From positions 7,806 to 71,805 of the forward strand of contig JBBIUY010000008.1 of NCBI GenBank assembly GCA_037440005.1: a stretch of 64,000 nucleotides of DNA, given 5' to 3'. Below the pieces are notes generated by a model. That model was given only the letters and a program-made list of their open reading frames with translations, searched no databases and was not told the origin of the DNA. Made by a program: the position numbers and the translations under genes. The first letter of the stretch is position 1. Every line of letters begins with the position of its first letter. The stretch is from Armatimonadota bacterium. GTDB taxonomy: Bacteria > Sysuimicrobiota > Sysuimicrobiia > Sysuimicrobiales > Kaftiobacteriaceae. Below are positions 35,367 through 44,451 of this stretch, in pieces.

Positions 35367-37613
35367 ATGGCGACACCCACTCCCGCTCCGCAACCGGCGG
35401 TGCGACGTCCCCCCTCCGGCCGGCTGCGCGTGCTCCTGCAGGACGTCGGCACGCCCCCGCCGGGTCCGTTCGTCCCGGCGCCGTTCCAGGAGGCGGCGCT
35501 GGCGGCGGTGCGCGTCACCGACGTGCTGGTGTGCGCGCCCACCGGCAGCGGCAAGACCTGGATCGCCGAGCAGGCCATCGGCGAGCTGCTGGCGGCCGGA
35601 GGGTCGGCGTGGTACACCACCCCCCTGAAGGCGCTGTCCAACCAGAAGTTCCACCGGTTCACCGGCCTGTACGGCGCCGAGTCGGTGGGCCTGCTCACCG
35701 GCGAGCGGCGGATCAACGCCAGCGCCCCGGTGATCGTGGCCACCACCGAGATCCTGCGCAACGTCCTGTACGGGGAGCGCCTCAGCCCGGATCTGATCGT
35801 CCTGGACGAGGCCCACTACCTGGCCGACCGGGAGCGGGGCACCGCCTGGGAGGAGATCCTGCTGCTGGCGCCCCCGCGGGCGCGGCTGCTGCTGCTGTCG
35901 GCCACCTTCCCCAACGCCGACACGGTGGCGGGCTGGCTGGCGGAGGTGCGGGGCCGCAGGCCCGAGGTCATCGTCGAGCGCACCCGTCCCGTGCCCCTGC
36001 GCTTCGTGCTCGCCGACGGGCGGGGCCGGCTGCTGGCTCCCGACAGCCTGGGCCACCTCCCCGCCGACGGCGCCGCCCCGGGCTGGCTGGCCGGCCTGCT
36101 GCGCGACCTGGAGCACTACAACCTGCTGCCGGCCATCCTGTTCTACCCGTCGCGCCGCCAGTGCGACGAGGCCGTGCGGGAGCTGGCCGGGATGCGCGCC
36201 TTCGGGCCCGAGCTGCGGGCCGCCGCCCTGGCCCGGTGGGAGCGGGACTACCCGTTCCTGCGCGCCCACCCCTTCCGCGCCGTCCTGATTGACGCCGGGG
36301 TCGCCCCCCACCACGCGGGCCACACCACGGCCTGGCGGCTGGCGGTCGAGGACCTGCTGGCCCGGGGCCTGGTGCGGGTCGTGTGCGCCACCACCACCCT
36401 GGCCGCCGGTCTGGACGTGCCGGCGCGCACGGTGGTGCTGTCCACCCTGGTGCGCCACAGCCCCCAGGGACCGGTCCAGCTGTCGGCCACCGAGTTCCAC
36501 CAGATGAGCGGTCGCGCCGGCCGCCGGGGCAAGGACACCGTGGGGGTGGTGGTCCTGCCGGCCACCTCCCGGGACGAAGCCCGGGAAGCTCTGTCGCTGA
36601 TCGACGCCGAGCCCGAGCCGGTCACGTCGTCCTTCACCCCGGGTTACGTGCAGGTGCTCAACCTGCTGCGCCGGTCCTCCCTGGAAGACGCCCTGCGCAC
36701 CCTCGGCCGGTCCCTGGCGGCCTACGAGCGGCGGGAAGAGGTCCGGCGGCTGCGGGAGGCCATCGCCGCCATCCCCCCCGACGACCTCGCCGAGCGGCCC
36801 TGCGACGACCGGCTGGTGACCCGCGGCCGCTACGAGCGCCTGCAGGAGCGCCTCAGCCGCCTGCGCCGGGCGCGCGCCGAGGGGGACGTCGCGCGGGTGG
36901 CCGAGGAGCTGGCGGCGTGGCCGTGCGCCTCCTGCCCGGTGGAGCAGCGCTGCCTGCAGACCCTGGAGGCGCTGCGGGCGCGGGAACTGCGTCGCTCGTC
37001 GCTGCGTCAGGCGCTGCACGCGGTGGAAGGGTCGCTGGCCGACGAATTCCTCCGGCGCGCGGCGGTCTTGCGGCGGCTGGGCTACCTGGACGACGCGCAC
37101 CGCCTGACCCCCGACGGCCTGTGGGCCTCCGAGCTGCGCCACCCCCGCGTCCTGATCCTGGCCGAGATCGTCCGGCGCAGCCTGATCGGCGGGTCCACGG
37201 CCCTGTGGGCGGCGGCGGCCGGCGCCCTGGCCACCGAGCGGGCTCCCTACCGGGGCGGGGAGGCCGGCCTGCAGACGCTGGCGCGCCTGGCCCGGGAGCT
37301 GGACCTGCTGGAGCGCCAGCACGCCCTGCCCCCCGACGACCTGGCCAGGCAGTTCGAGCCCGAGTGGGACCCGCGCGCGCGCCGGCGCCTCCCCTCCCCC
37401 GCCGACCGCCGGGCGGACGTGGTGGTGGCCTGGATGCGCGGGGCCGACTGGCTCACCCTGGTGGCCCACAGCCAGGCCGAGGAGGGCGACCTGCAGCGCA
37501 TCATCCTCCAGGCGGCCGAGGTGCTGATGCAGGTGGAGGGGCTGCCGTTCCCCGACGTGCGGACCGCCGCCCGGGACGCCCGCCTGCGCCTGCTCCGTCC
37601 CCCCGTCGTCTGA
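35367..37613 (+). CDS. helY: Ski2-like DExH RNA helicase (HelY family)
   Basis: APTGSGKT, PLKALSNQK, DEAHY, HHAG and QMSGRAGRRG. Confidence 0.8.
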   Translation: MATPTPAPQPAVRRPPSGRLRVLLQDVGTPPPGPFVPAPFQEAALAAVRVTDVLVCAPTGSGKTWIAEQAIGELLAAGGSAWYTTPLKALSNQKFHRFTGLYGAESVGLLTGERRINASAPVIVATTEILRNVLYGERLSPDLIVLDEAHYLADRERGTAWEEILLLAPPRARLLLLSATFPNADTVAGWLAEVRGRRPEVIVERTRPVPLRFVLADGRGRLLAPDSLGHLPADGAAPGWLAGLLRDLEHYNLLPAILFYPSRRQCDEAVRELAGMRAFGPELRAAALARWERDYPFLRAHPFRAVLIDAGVAPHHAGHTTAWRLAVEDLLARGLVRVVCATTTLAAGLDVPARTVVLSTLVRHSPQGPVQLSATEFHQMSGRAGRRGKDTVGVVVLPATSRDEAREALSLIDAEPEPVTSSFTPGYVQVLNLLRRSSLEDALRTLGRSLAAYERREEVRRLREAIAAIPPDDLAERPCDDRLVTRGRYERLQERLSRLRRARAEGDVARVAEELAAWPCASCPVEQRCLQTLEALRARELRRSSLRQALHAVEGSLADEFLRRAAVLRRLGYLDDAHRLTPDGLWASELRHPRVLILAEIVRRSLIGGSTALWAAAAGALATERAPYRGGEAGLQTLARLARELDLLERQHALPPDDLARQFEPEWDPRARRRLPSPADRRADVVVAWMRGADWLTLVAHSQAEEGDLQRIILQAAEVLMQVEGLPFPDVRTAARDARLRLLRPPVV

Positions 37614-37624
37614 AGCCCCCTTAC

Positions 37625-37783
37625 TGACGTTGGAACGTTGAAACGTTGGAGCGTTGGAACGTTGAACCTTTCCCCTTTCCCCTTTTCCTTTTTCCCTTTT
37701 CCCTCCCTCCGTTGGAACGTTGAAGCGTTGGAGCGTGAGATTTTTCCCCTTTTCCCTTTTCCTTTTTCCCCTTTCCCTCCCTC
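37625..37783 (+). repeat. Composite short-tandem-repeat element, copy A: (CGTTGGAA)n-(TTTTCCC)n-(CGTTGGAA)n-(TTTTCCC)n
   Basis: Degenerate 8-mer and 7-mer arrays alternate just after the helicase stop codon. Confidence 0.85.
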
Positions 37784-37841
37784 CGCAGGATCCCCCCGCC
37801 CCGCAGAGAAAAGCCTTATCCAGCGCCCGTTCTCCCGTCGG

Positions 37842-38579
37842 ATGACGATGCGTCACTGTCCGGTCTGCGACAGCGAGATGTCGCCGCGGTTCGCCAGCGA
37901 GTGCGAGCCTCCCGTGGCCTGGGCGTGCCTGGAGTGCGGCCTGCTGCAGCTGGAAAGCGGCGGCCGCCCGTTCACGCCCGAGCAGGCCGAGGCCGTGGCC
38001 GCCCTGGCCCCCGCCGTCGCGTCCCGCCGCCCGCGCCCGGCGTCGGCGGCGGCGGCCCAGGCGCGCGAGATCCTGGACACCTTCGGGGCGGACGTCCCCG
38101 TGGACGTGGAGGCCCTGGCGCAGCGGCTGGGCTTTGTCGTGCGGTGGCGCAGCCTGCCGGCCGGTGTGCGCGGCACCGTGGGCGGGGAGGAGGGCCACCG
38201 GGTGCTGGTCCTCAACCGCGACTACCCCTTCCGCACCGAGGCCGAACGCCGGTGGGCGGTGGCCGAGGAGCTGGCCCACGCCGTGCTCGGCCACGGCACC
38301 CTGGTGGCCAGCGAGCAGCCCGGGGCCGCGCCGGTGCTGCAGGAGCCCGCCCGGCGGGCGCGGGAGCGGGAGGCCCGCGCGTTCGCCGCCGAGCTGCTGA
38401 TGCCGGCCGCTCGGGTCCGCCAGGCCTTCGCCCGGGAGCAGGCCATCATCCTGCGCGCGCTGGGAAGCGAGGAGCGGGCGCACGCCGTCCGCACCGTCGT
38501 CGCCGACCTGGCGCGGGAGTTCCGGGTTTCCCAGCAGGCGATGCGCCTGCGCCTGGCCGAGCTGGGCCTGCTGGCGTAG
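37842..38579 (+). CDS. ImmA/IrrE-family metallopeptidase-like protein with an N-terminal zinc ribbon
   Basis: CPVC...CLEC; PVDVEALA, RRWAVAEELAH and EARAFAAELLMP. Confidence 0.75.
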   Translation: MTMRHCPVCDSEMSPRFASECEPPVAWACLECGLLQLESGGRPFTPEQAEAVAALAPAVASRRPRPASAAAAQAREILDTFGADVPVDVEALAQRLGFVVRWRSLPAGVRGTVGGEEGHRVLVLNRDYPFRTEAERRWAVAEELAHAVLGHGTLVASEQPGAAPVLQEPARRAREREARAFAAELLMPAARVRQAFAREQAIILRALGSEERAHAVRTVVADLAREFRVSQQAMRLRLAELGLLA

Positions 38580-38644
38580 GGCGGGGTGCAGACCGGTCCC
38601 GGGACGGCCAGGGACAGCCGGGCCGGCGGCGAACCACAACGCTC

Positions 38645-39757
38645 GTGATCCCGCTGCCTGTGCTGGACCTGCCGCCTGAGCCCGCCGCCGCCGGGTGGGA
38701 GCACGGCCGCCGCGCCCGCGACCTGGTCGCCGCCAACGTGGCCGTGTACTTCGACCGGTTCGCCCGGGAGGCGCATCTGGCTCCCGACCAGGTGCGGGAA
38801 CGCGCCCGGGCCTACCTGCCGGTCATCGAGCAGGCCGACCCCGCCTACGCCGCCGCCCTGCGGGCCCTGGCCGAAGCCAGCGGGCTCCCGCTGGAGGACC
38901 TGGCGGCGCTGAACGTCCGCTACGAGCTGCTGTACAGTCAGTACTCCGCCCTCAACCAGGCCCGGCTGCAGCTGTCGTCGGGGTGTACGGCGTTCGCCGT
39001 GACCCCCCAGGCGTCCGCCGACGGGCACCTGTGGCTGGGGCAGAACTGGGACTGGTTTCCCCGGGTGCGCGGGCTGGTGATGCGGTCGGCCGGCCCGGGG
39101 GGCCTGCGGGTGGCGGCGTTCACCGAAGCGGGCATCGTGGGCGGCAAGATCGGTCTCAACTCGGCGGGGCTGGGGCTGGCGATCAACGGACTGCTGTCCA
39201 CCGACGACGACTGGACGCGCCTGGGTACCCCCTTCCACGTGCGGACCTGGAGGATCCTCCGGGCCGCGTCGGTGGCGGACGCCGTGGAGGCGGTCACCCG
39301 GGGCGAGCGCGCCTGCTCCGCCAACTTCCTCATCGGCCAGGCCGACGGGGAGGGACGGGTCGTGGACGTGGAAGCCGCGCCCCGTGCCGTCCGCACCCTG
39401 GCGCCGTCCGGAGGCATCCTGGTGCACGCCAACCACTTCGAGGACCCCCGGGCGCTGGGCGTCGAGCAGCCCCTGGCCGAGGAGCGGGTGTCCACCTATC
39501 ACCGGGCGGCGCGGGCCCGGAGGCTGTTGGAGGCGGGCCGGTCCGCGGGCGGACTGTCGGCGGAGGACCTGATGCGGGTGCTGCGCGACCACGACGGCCG
39601 CCCCGAGTCGGTGTGCCGCCACCTCAACCCCGCCCTGCCGGAGGAGGAACGGGTGCAGACGGCGGTGTCGGTGCTGATGGACCTGTCGGCGCGGCGGCTG
39701 TTCGTCGCGGCCGGCCCGCCCTGCCAGGCCGCCTACCAGGAGATCCCTCCGGCCTGA
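38645..39757 (+). CDS. C45 family Ntn-hydrolase (acyl-CoA:6-APA acyltransferase-like)
   Basis: GCTAF autoproteolysis site; GQNWDW, GLNSAG and HANHF motifs. Confidence 0.85.
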   Translation: MIPLPVLDLPPEPAAAGWEHGRRARDLVAANVAVYFDRFAREAHLAPDQVRERARAYLPVIEQADPAYAAALRALAEASGLPLEDLAALNVRYELLYSQYSALNQARLQLSSGCTAFAVTPQASADGHLWLGQNWDWFPRVRGLVMRSAGPGGLRVAAFTEAGIVGGKIGLNSAGLGLAINGLLSTDDDWTRLGTPFHVRTWRILRAASVADAVEAVTRGERACSANFLIGQADGEGRVVDVEAAPRAVRTLAPSGGILVHANHFEDPRALGVEQPLAEERVSTYHRAARARRLLEAGRSAGGLSAEDLMRVLRDHDGRPESVCRHLNPALPEEERVQTAVSVLMDLSARRLFVAAGPPCQAAYQEIPPA

Positions 39758-39758
39758 C

Positions 39759-40510
39759 GTGGAACCGGTGCTGGCCGCCAACGGCGCGTTTGCCCTGGTC
39801 CTGCTGGTGGTGGCGTTCGCGTCGGCCGTCAAGGGCGCTCTGGGATTCGGATTCCCCCTGATCGCCGTGCCGCTGGCCGCCAACCTGATCGGCGCCCGCA
39901 CCGCGGTGGTGCTGATCGCCGTCTCGGTGGTCTTCAGCAACTTCCTGATCCTGTTCCGGGGAGGCGGCCGCCGGGAGGACCTGTCCCGGTTTGGCGGGCT
40001 GCTGGCCGGCGTGGTGGCGGGGACGGCGGTGGGCGCCCAGCTCCTGGGCCGGCTGGACCCGAGGGTCCTGTCGGTCCTGGTGGGCGTCACGGCGGTGGTG
40101 CTGGGAGGGATGGGCCTGCTCGACCGGTCCCCCACGGTCCCCGCCCGCGCCGAACGGGTGGTGGGTCCGGCGGTGGGGCTGGCGGCGGGCGTCATGGGCG
40201 GGACCACCGGCATCTTCGCCCCCTTGATCGCCGCCTACGTCCAGTCGCTGCCCGTGGACAAGCGCGGCTTCGTGTTCTGGCTCACCCTGTCGTTCTTCGT
40301 GGGAGGGCTGACCCAGGTGACCAGCTACTGGCGCCTGGCCTGTACACGCCCACGATCCTGGCCTACGCCGCGGCCACCTTCGTGCCGGTGGTGGTGGGGA
40401 CCCGGGTGGGGTTCTGGATCCAGGACCGCCTGCCCGGCCCCCTGTTCCGCCGGCTGGTCCTGGCCCTGGTCCTGCTCAGCGGGGTGAATCTGATTGGGAG
40501 GAGCGTCTAA
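39759..40510 (+). pseudogene. TauE/SafE sulfite-exporter family membrane protein with a frameshift near 40337
   Basis: VKGALGFGF motif; the hydrophobic C-terminus (LYTPTILAYAAATF...LIGRSV*) continues in a shifted frame to the TAA at 40508-40510. Confidence 0.7.
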
Positions 40511-40657
40511 AAAGGGAAAAGGGAAGAGGGAAAAGGGAAGAGGGGAAAACCCACGCTCCAACGTTCCAACGGTCCAACGCGACAGAAGGGAAAAGGGAAA
40601 AAGGAAAAGGGAAAAGGGAAAAGTCCAACGTTCCAACGGTCCAACGTTCCAACGTCA
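40511..40657 (-). repeat. Composite short-tandem-repeat element, copy B (inverted relative to copy A)
   Basis: (GGGAAAA)n and (TTCCAACG)n blocks; the reverse complement has the same block order as 37625-37783. Confidence 0.85.
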
Positions 40658-40660
40658 TCG

Positions 40661-41641
40661 TCAGATGTACACCGTCCGTCCGGTGCGGGCGGCGGTGGCG
40701 AGGGCGTCCAGCACCCGCAGGTTCGCCACCGCGTCCTCCGGCGGATAGCGCGGGGGTTGTCCGTCCAGCAGGCAGCGCCCCATGTGGTCGAGCATCCGGG
40801 TGTACTGGTTGGTCCCCTCCACCACCAGCCGCTCCTCCCGGTCCCCGCGGCGCACGATCAGGACCGCCGGATCCTCCTCCGGCTGGAACGGCCGGGGCAC
40901 GGTGATGGTGCCCTCGGTGCCCACCACCTCCGCCATCTGCCGGTACGGCGCCCGCAGGCCGCAGTCCACCAGCGCGGCGGCGCCGTCCCAGCCCAGGCCC
41001 GCCGCCAGCCTCACGTCCACGCCCCCCTCGTAGACCGCCGCGGCCCACGCCGCCCGGGGCTCCCCCAGCAGCAGGCGGCTGAGGTTGACCCCGTAGCAGC
41101 CTACGTCCAGCAGCCCGCCGCCGCCCAGGGCGGGGTTGAGGCGGATGTCGTCGGGGCGAGCCACGGTGAACGTGAACGCCGCCCGCACCAGCCAGGGCGT
41201 CCCCACGGCGCCGTCCCGGACCAGGCGCTGCAGGGTCTCGATCTGCGGGTGGAAGCGGTACATGAACGCCTCCTGCAGCACCACCCCGGACCGCCGGCAC
41301 GCCTCCACCATCTCCTCCGCCTCCCGGCTGCTGACCGCCAGGGGCTTCTCGCACAGCACGTGCTTGCCGGCCCGCGCCGCCCGGACCGTCCACTCCCGGT
41401 GCAGGCTGTTGGGCAGGGGATTGTAGACGGCGTCCACCTCGGGGTCGGCCAGCAGCTCGTCGTAGCTGCCGTAAGCCCGGGGGATGCCGAACTGGTCCGC
41501 CACCGCCCGCGCCCGAGCCGGCTCGCGGCTGGCCACGGCCGCGGCGACGCCGGTGTCGCTGCGCAGGAGCGCGGGCAGGACCCGCCGCACCGCGATGCGG
41601 GCGGCGCCGAGGATGCCCCACCGGACCCGCCGCCCGCTCAC
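40661..41641 (-). CDS. Gfo/Idh/MocA family oxidoreductase
   Basis: WGILGAARIA, YNPLPNSLH, CEKP and GGGLLDVGCY motifs. Confidence 0.9.
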   Translation of the reverse strand: MSGRRVRWGILGAARIAVRRVLPALLRSDTGVAAAVASREPARARAVADQFGIPRAYGSYDELLADPEVDAVYNPLPNSLHREWTVRAARAGKHVLCEKPLAVSSREAEEMVEACRRSGVVLQEAFMYRFHPQIETLQRLVRDGAVGTPWLVRAAFTFTVARPDDIRLNPALGGGGLLDVGCYGVNLSRLLLGEPRAAWAAAVYEGGVDVRLAAGLGWDGAAALVDCGLRAPYRQMAEVVGTEGTITVPRPFQPEEDPAVLIVRRGDREERLVVEGTNQYTRMLDHMGRCLLDGQPPRYPPEDAVANLRVLDALATAARTGRTVYI

Positions 41642-42276
41642 CGCACCCGCTCCCCTGCCTGGCGCAGCCACGCCGCCAGCGCCTGGGCCAGCGCCACCAG
41701 GGCCCCCGCGCCCAGAGCGGCCACGGCCACCACGCCGGCGGTGAGAGCGAAACCCACCGCCAGCACGGCGGCGTCGCGGTTGAGCAGTCCCACCCCCAGC
41801 ACCAGGACCGTGAGGGCGGGGACGGTGTTGAGAAACGGCAGAGGCGACAGCAGGACCACGCCCAGCAGCAGCACCGCCACCGCCACCACCCGGGTCACGA
41901 TCCGCTGGTCCAGGCCGGCCAGCCGGGGCCGCGAGTAGCGCTCCACCCGCTGCAGCAGGGGCAGGCCGCGGTCCCGCAGGACCCGTACCGCCCTCCCGCT
42001 GAGCCGGTAGCGGCGCACCCGGGCCGGCAGCCAGGGCCGGGGCAGGCCCGCCAGCATCTGGGCGGCCAGGAGGATGTACAGCAGCCCGACGGTGGCCGCC
42101 GATCCCGGCGGCAGCACGGGGATCATGGTGGGCAGCGCCAGCGCCACCATGATCAGGCCGAACCCGCGCTCGGCGACCCGGTCGGCCAGTTCGCCCACGG
42201 TCAGGTCGCGGTCGCCCAGGACGTCGGCCAGTACGGCGGACAGCGGGGCGGACTCCGGTGTGAGCGGGGAGGTCAT
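41638..42276 (-). CDS. exoD: ExoD family membrane protein
   Basis: ERGFGLIM...LALP, PWLP and PLPFLNTVPA motifs. Confidence 0.8.
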   Translation of the reverse strand: MTSPLTPESAPLSAVLADVLGDRDLTVGELADRVAERGFGLIMVALALPTMIPVLPPGSAATVGLLYILLAAQMLAGLPRPWLPARVRRYRLSGRAVRVLRDRGLPLLQRVERYSRPRLAGLDQRIVTRVVAVAVLLLGVVLLSPLPFLNTVPALTVLVLGVGLLNRDAAVLAVGFALTAGVVAVAALGAGALVALAQALAAWLRQAGERVR

Positions 42277-42387
42277 CTCGGACACGGCGCCCACCACCAG
42301 AGTTTCACCGCCGCCGGCGGCCTCCCTGTCGGGCAGGAATGCCGCCGGGGCGGGGGGAACTCGTCCTCACCTGCGCGGGGGCGGACG

Positions 42388-42771
42388 ATGAGGCTGTGGG
42401 CGGCGGGGGTGATCCTGGCGGCGGTCCTGTCCGGGGCGGCCGCAGCACCGGCGGCGCAGGTGGCGCGCAACCTCGCCGAGAACGTCCTGGGGCCGGGGAC
42501 CGTGCGGTGGGTGAGCGTCTCCTCCGACGGCCAGCGCATCGACATCGCGTGGGAGGCGGTGCTGTACCACCCGGCCCACAGCGCGGAGCGCAATCGGGAG
42601 CAGATGCGGGGCGAAGCCGAACTGGCCACCGGCGCCATCATGGGCGTGCTGTGGCCCGAGGTGATCTCCTACGCCATGCTGCGGGACAGCCGGACCCTGG
42701 CCCGGGGCCGGCGCACCCGGCAGGGGGAGTTCCACATCACCTTCGCCCCCGAGCTGGGCGGACAGCCGTGA
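42388..42771 (+). CDS. Hypothetical secreted protein
   Basis: Signal peptide; overlaps the next gene by GTGA. Confidence 0.6.
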   Translation: MRLWAAGVILAAVLSGAAAAPAAQVARNLAENVLGPGTVRWVSVSSDGQRIDIAWEAVLYHPAHSAERNREQMRGEAELATGAIMGVLWPEVISYAMLRDSRTLARGRRTRQGEFHITFAPELGGQP

Positions 42772-43199
42772 CGCCGGTGCCGTTCACCTCCTCCGACCGG
42801 CAGGTCCTGGCCGACATCGTCCACCACGTCTGGCGGGCGTGCCAGGTGTACGTCACCGTGGCGGTGGAACGGGGGCCGGCGGCGGCCCGACCGGCCCTGG
42901 AGGAGCTGGCCCAGTGGGCGGCGGCCCGGCGCCGGGAGCTGGCGTCCCCCTCGCGTCCTGCGGCCCTCAGCCCTCCCGCCTTGCGGGCGGGGCGGGAACT
43001 GCTGGACGACGTGGAGGCCGTCAGCCGTCAGGTGCTGGCCATGGTGGCGGCTCTGGACGGATCGTCGGCGGCGCCGGAGGAGGTGGAGGAGCGGATGCTG
43101 GGCATCGTGGAGGGCGTCCTGCGGTGGACCGGGCTGATGGCCTCCCAGCTGGGGTTCGCGCACCGCCTGCGTCCCCGCACGCTGTGGCAGGACCGGTGA
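42768..43199 (+). CDS. Hypothetical helical protein
   Basis: GTGA coupling and natural composition. Confidence 0.55.
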   Translation: MTPVPFTSSDRQVLADIVHHVWRACQVYVTVAVERGPAAARPALEELAQWAAARRRELASPSRPAALSPPALRAGRELLDDVEAVSRQVLAMVAALDGSSAAPEEVEERMLGIVEGVLRWTGLMASQLGFAHRLRPRTLWQDR

Positions 43200-43215
43200 T
43201 CGGAGGGAGGAGCCC

Positions 43216-43707
43216 GTGTCCGCCTACGACGACGCCTACCGCGAGATCCTGACCCTGGCCCGCCGTCCCGACGCCGCCCAGGCCATCGTGGACTACCTGC
43301 AGACCCGCTTGCCGACCTACTCGTGGGTGGGGCTGTACTGGGTGGAGGGCTCCGACCTGGTCCTGGGCGAGTGGCGGGGGCCCGAGCCCACCGAGCACAC
43401 CCGCATCCCCATCGGCACCGGCATCTGCGGCGCCGCCGCCGCCTCGGGCAGGGTGGAGATAGTCCCCGACGTCAGCCGGGACCCCCGCTACCTGGCCTGC
43501 TTTCCCTCCACCCGCTCGGAGATCGTCGTTCCCATCAGCGACGGCGGCCGGGTCGTGGGCGAGATCGACATCGACAGCACGGCGGTGGACGCCTTCGGGC
43601 CGGAGGACCAGCGGTTCCTGGAGCGGGTGGCCGCGGTCCTGGCGGAGGTCCGCCGGCGGCAGGCGGCCGCCCGGTCCGGCTCGGGTTCGGGCGCATCCGA
43701 CCCGTAG
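43216..43707 (+). CDS. msrC: GAF-domain protein, free methionine-R-sulfoxide reductase-like
   Basis: WVGLY, GICGAAA, YLAC, SEIVVP and IDIDS motifs. Confidence 0.72.
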   Translation: MSAYDDAYREILTLARRPDAAQAIVDYLQTRLPTYSWVGLYWVEGSDLVLGEWRGPEPTEHTRIPIGTGICGAAAASGRVEIVPDVSRDPRYLACFPSTRSEIVVPISDGGRVVGEIDIDSTAVDAFGPEDQRFLERVAAVLAEVRRRQAAARSGSGSGASDP

Positions 43708-43725
43708 GCCGCCCGGTCCGTCCCC

Positions 43726-44436
43726 ATGGGGATGCTGGACGACGTGGTCGCCGTCATCACCGGCGCCGCCGGGGCCCTGGGACGGGAGACGGTGCGGGTC
43801 TTCTTGTCCGAGGGGGCGCAAGTGGTGGCCGCCGACATTGCCGACGCCGCAGCCGTGCTGGACCTGCCCGTCCCGCTGCAGGACCGCTGCGCCGTCGTCC
43901 AATCCGACGTCACCACCGAGTCGGGGGCGCAGGCGGTGGCGGATGCCGCGGTGACCCGCTTCGGGCGTGTGGACGCCCTGCTCGCCCTCGTGGGCGGGTG
44001 GGAGGGAGGCCGCGGGGTCCACGAGACATCCCCGGACGAGTGGACCCGCATGCTCACCCTCAACCTCACCACGGCGGTCCTGTGCTGCCGGGCCGTCCTG
44101 CCGCACATGTTGGAGCGCCGCAGCGGACGGATCGTGACCGTGGGATCCCGGACGGCGGTTCACCCCGCTCCCCGGCAGGCGGCCTACAACGCCGCCAAGG
44201 CGGCCGTGGTCGCCTTCACCCGGACGCTGGCCGAGGAGGTCAAAGACTGGGGGATCGCCGTCACCTGCGTGCTGCCCAGCATCCTGGACACCGAGGCCAA
44301 CCGCCGGGCGTTCCCCCGGGCCGACTACAGCCGGTGGGTGAAGCCGGCGGACCTGGCCCGGATCCTGGCGTTTTTAGCCTCCCCGGCCGCCGGGCCCCTG
44401 ACGGGCGCCGTCATCCCGGTCTACGGGCGCGCGTGA
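43726..44436 (+). CDS. Short-chain dehydrogenase/reductase
   Basis: TGAAGALG and YNAAK motifs. Confidence 0.88.
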   Translation: MGMLDDVVAVITGAAGALGRETVRVFLSEGAQVVAADIADAAAVLDLPVPLQDRCAVVQSDVTTESGAQAVADAAVTRFGRVDALLALVGGWEGGRGVHETSPDEWTRMLTLNLTTAVLCCRAVLPHMLERRSGRIVTVGSRTAVHPAPRQAAYNAAKAAVVAFTRTLAEEVKDWGIAVTCVLPSILDTEANRRAFPRADYSRWVKPADLARILAFLASPAAGPLTGAVIPVYGRA

Positions 44437-44451
44437 AGGGTCCGCGAGGCC

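Noticed and set aside
37638-37841. Phe/Pro-rich N-terminal extension of the IrrE-like ORF
   Set aside because: It is simply the translation of the repeat element.
37625-40657. CRISPR array
   Set aside because: The units are 7-8 bp tandem repeats without unique spacers, and no cas genes are nearby.
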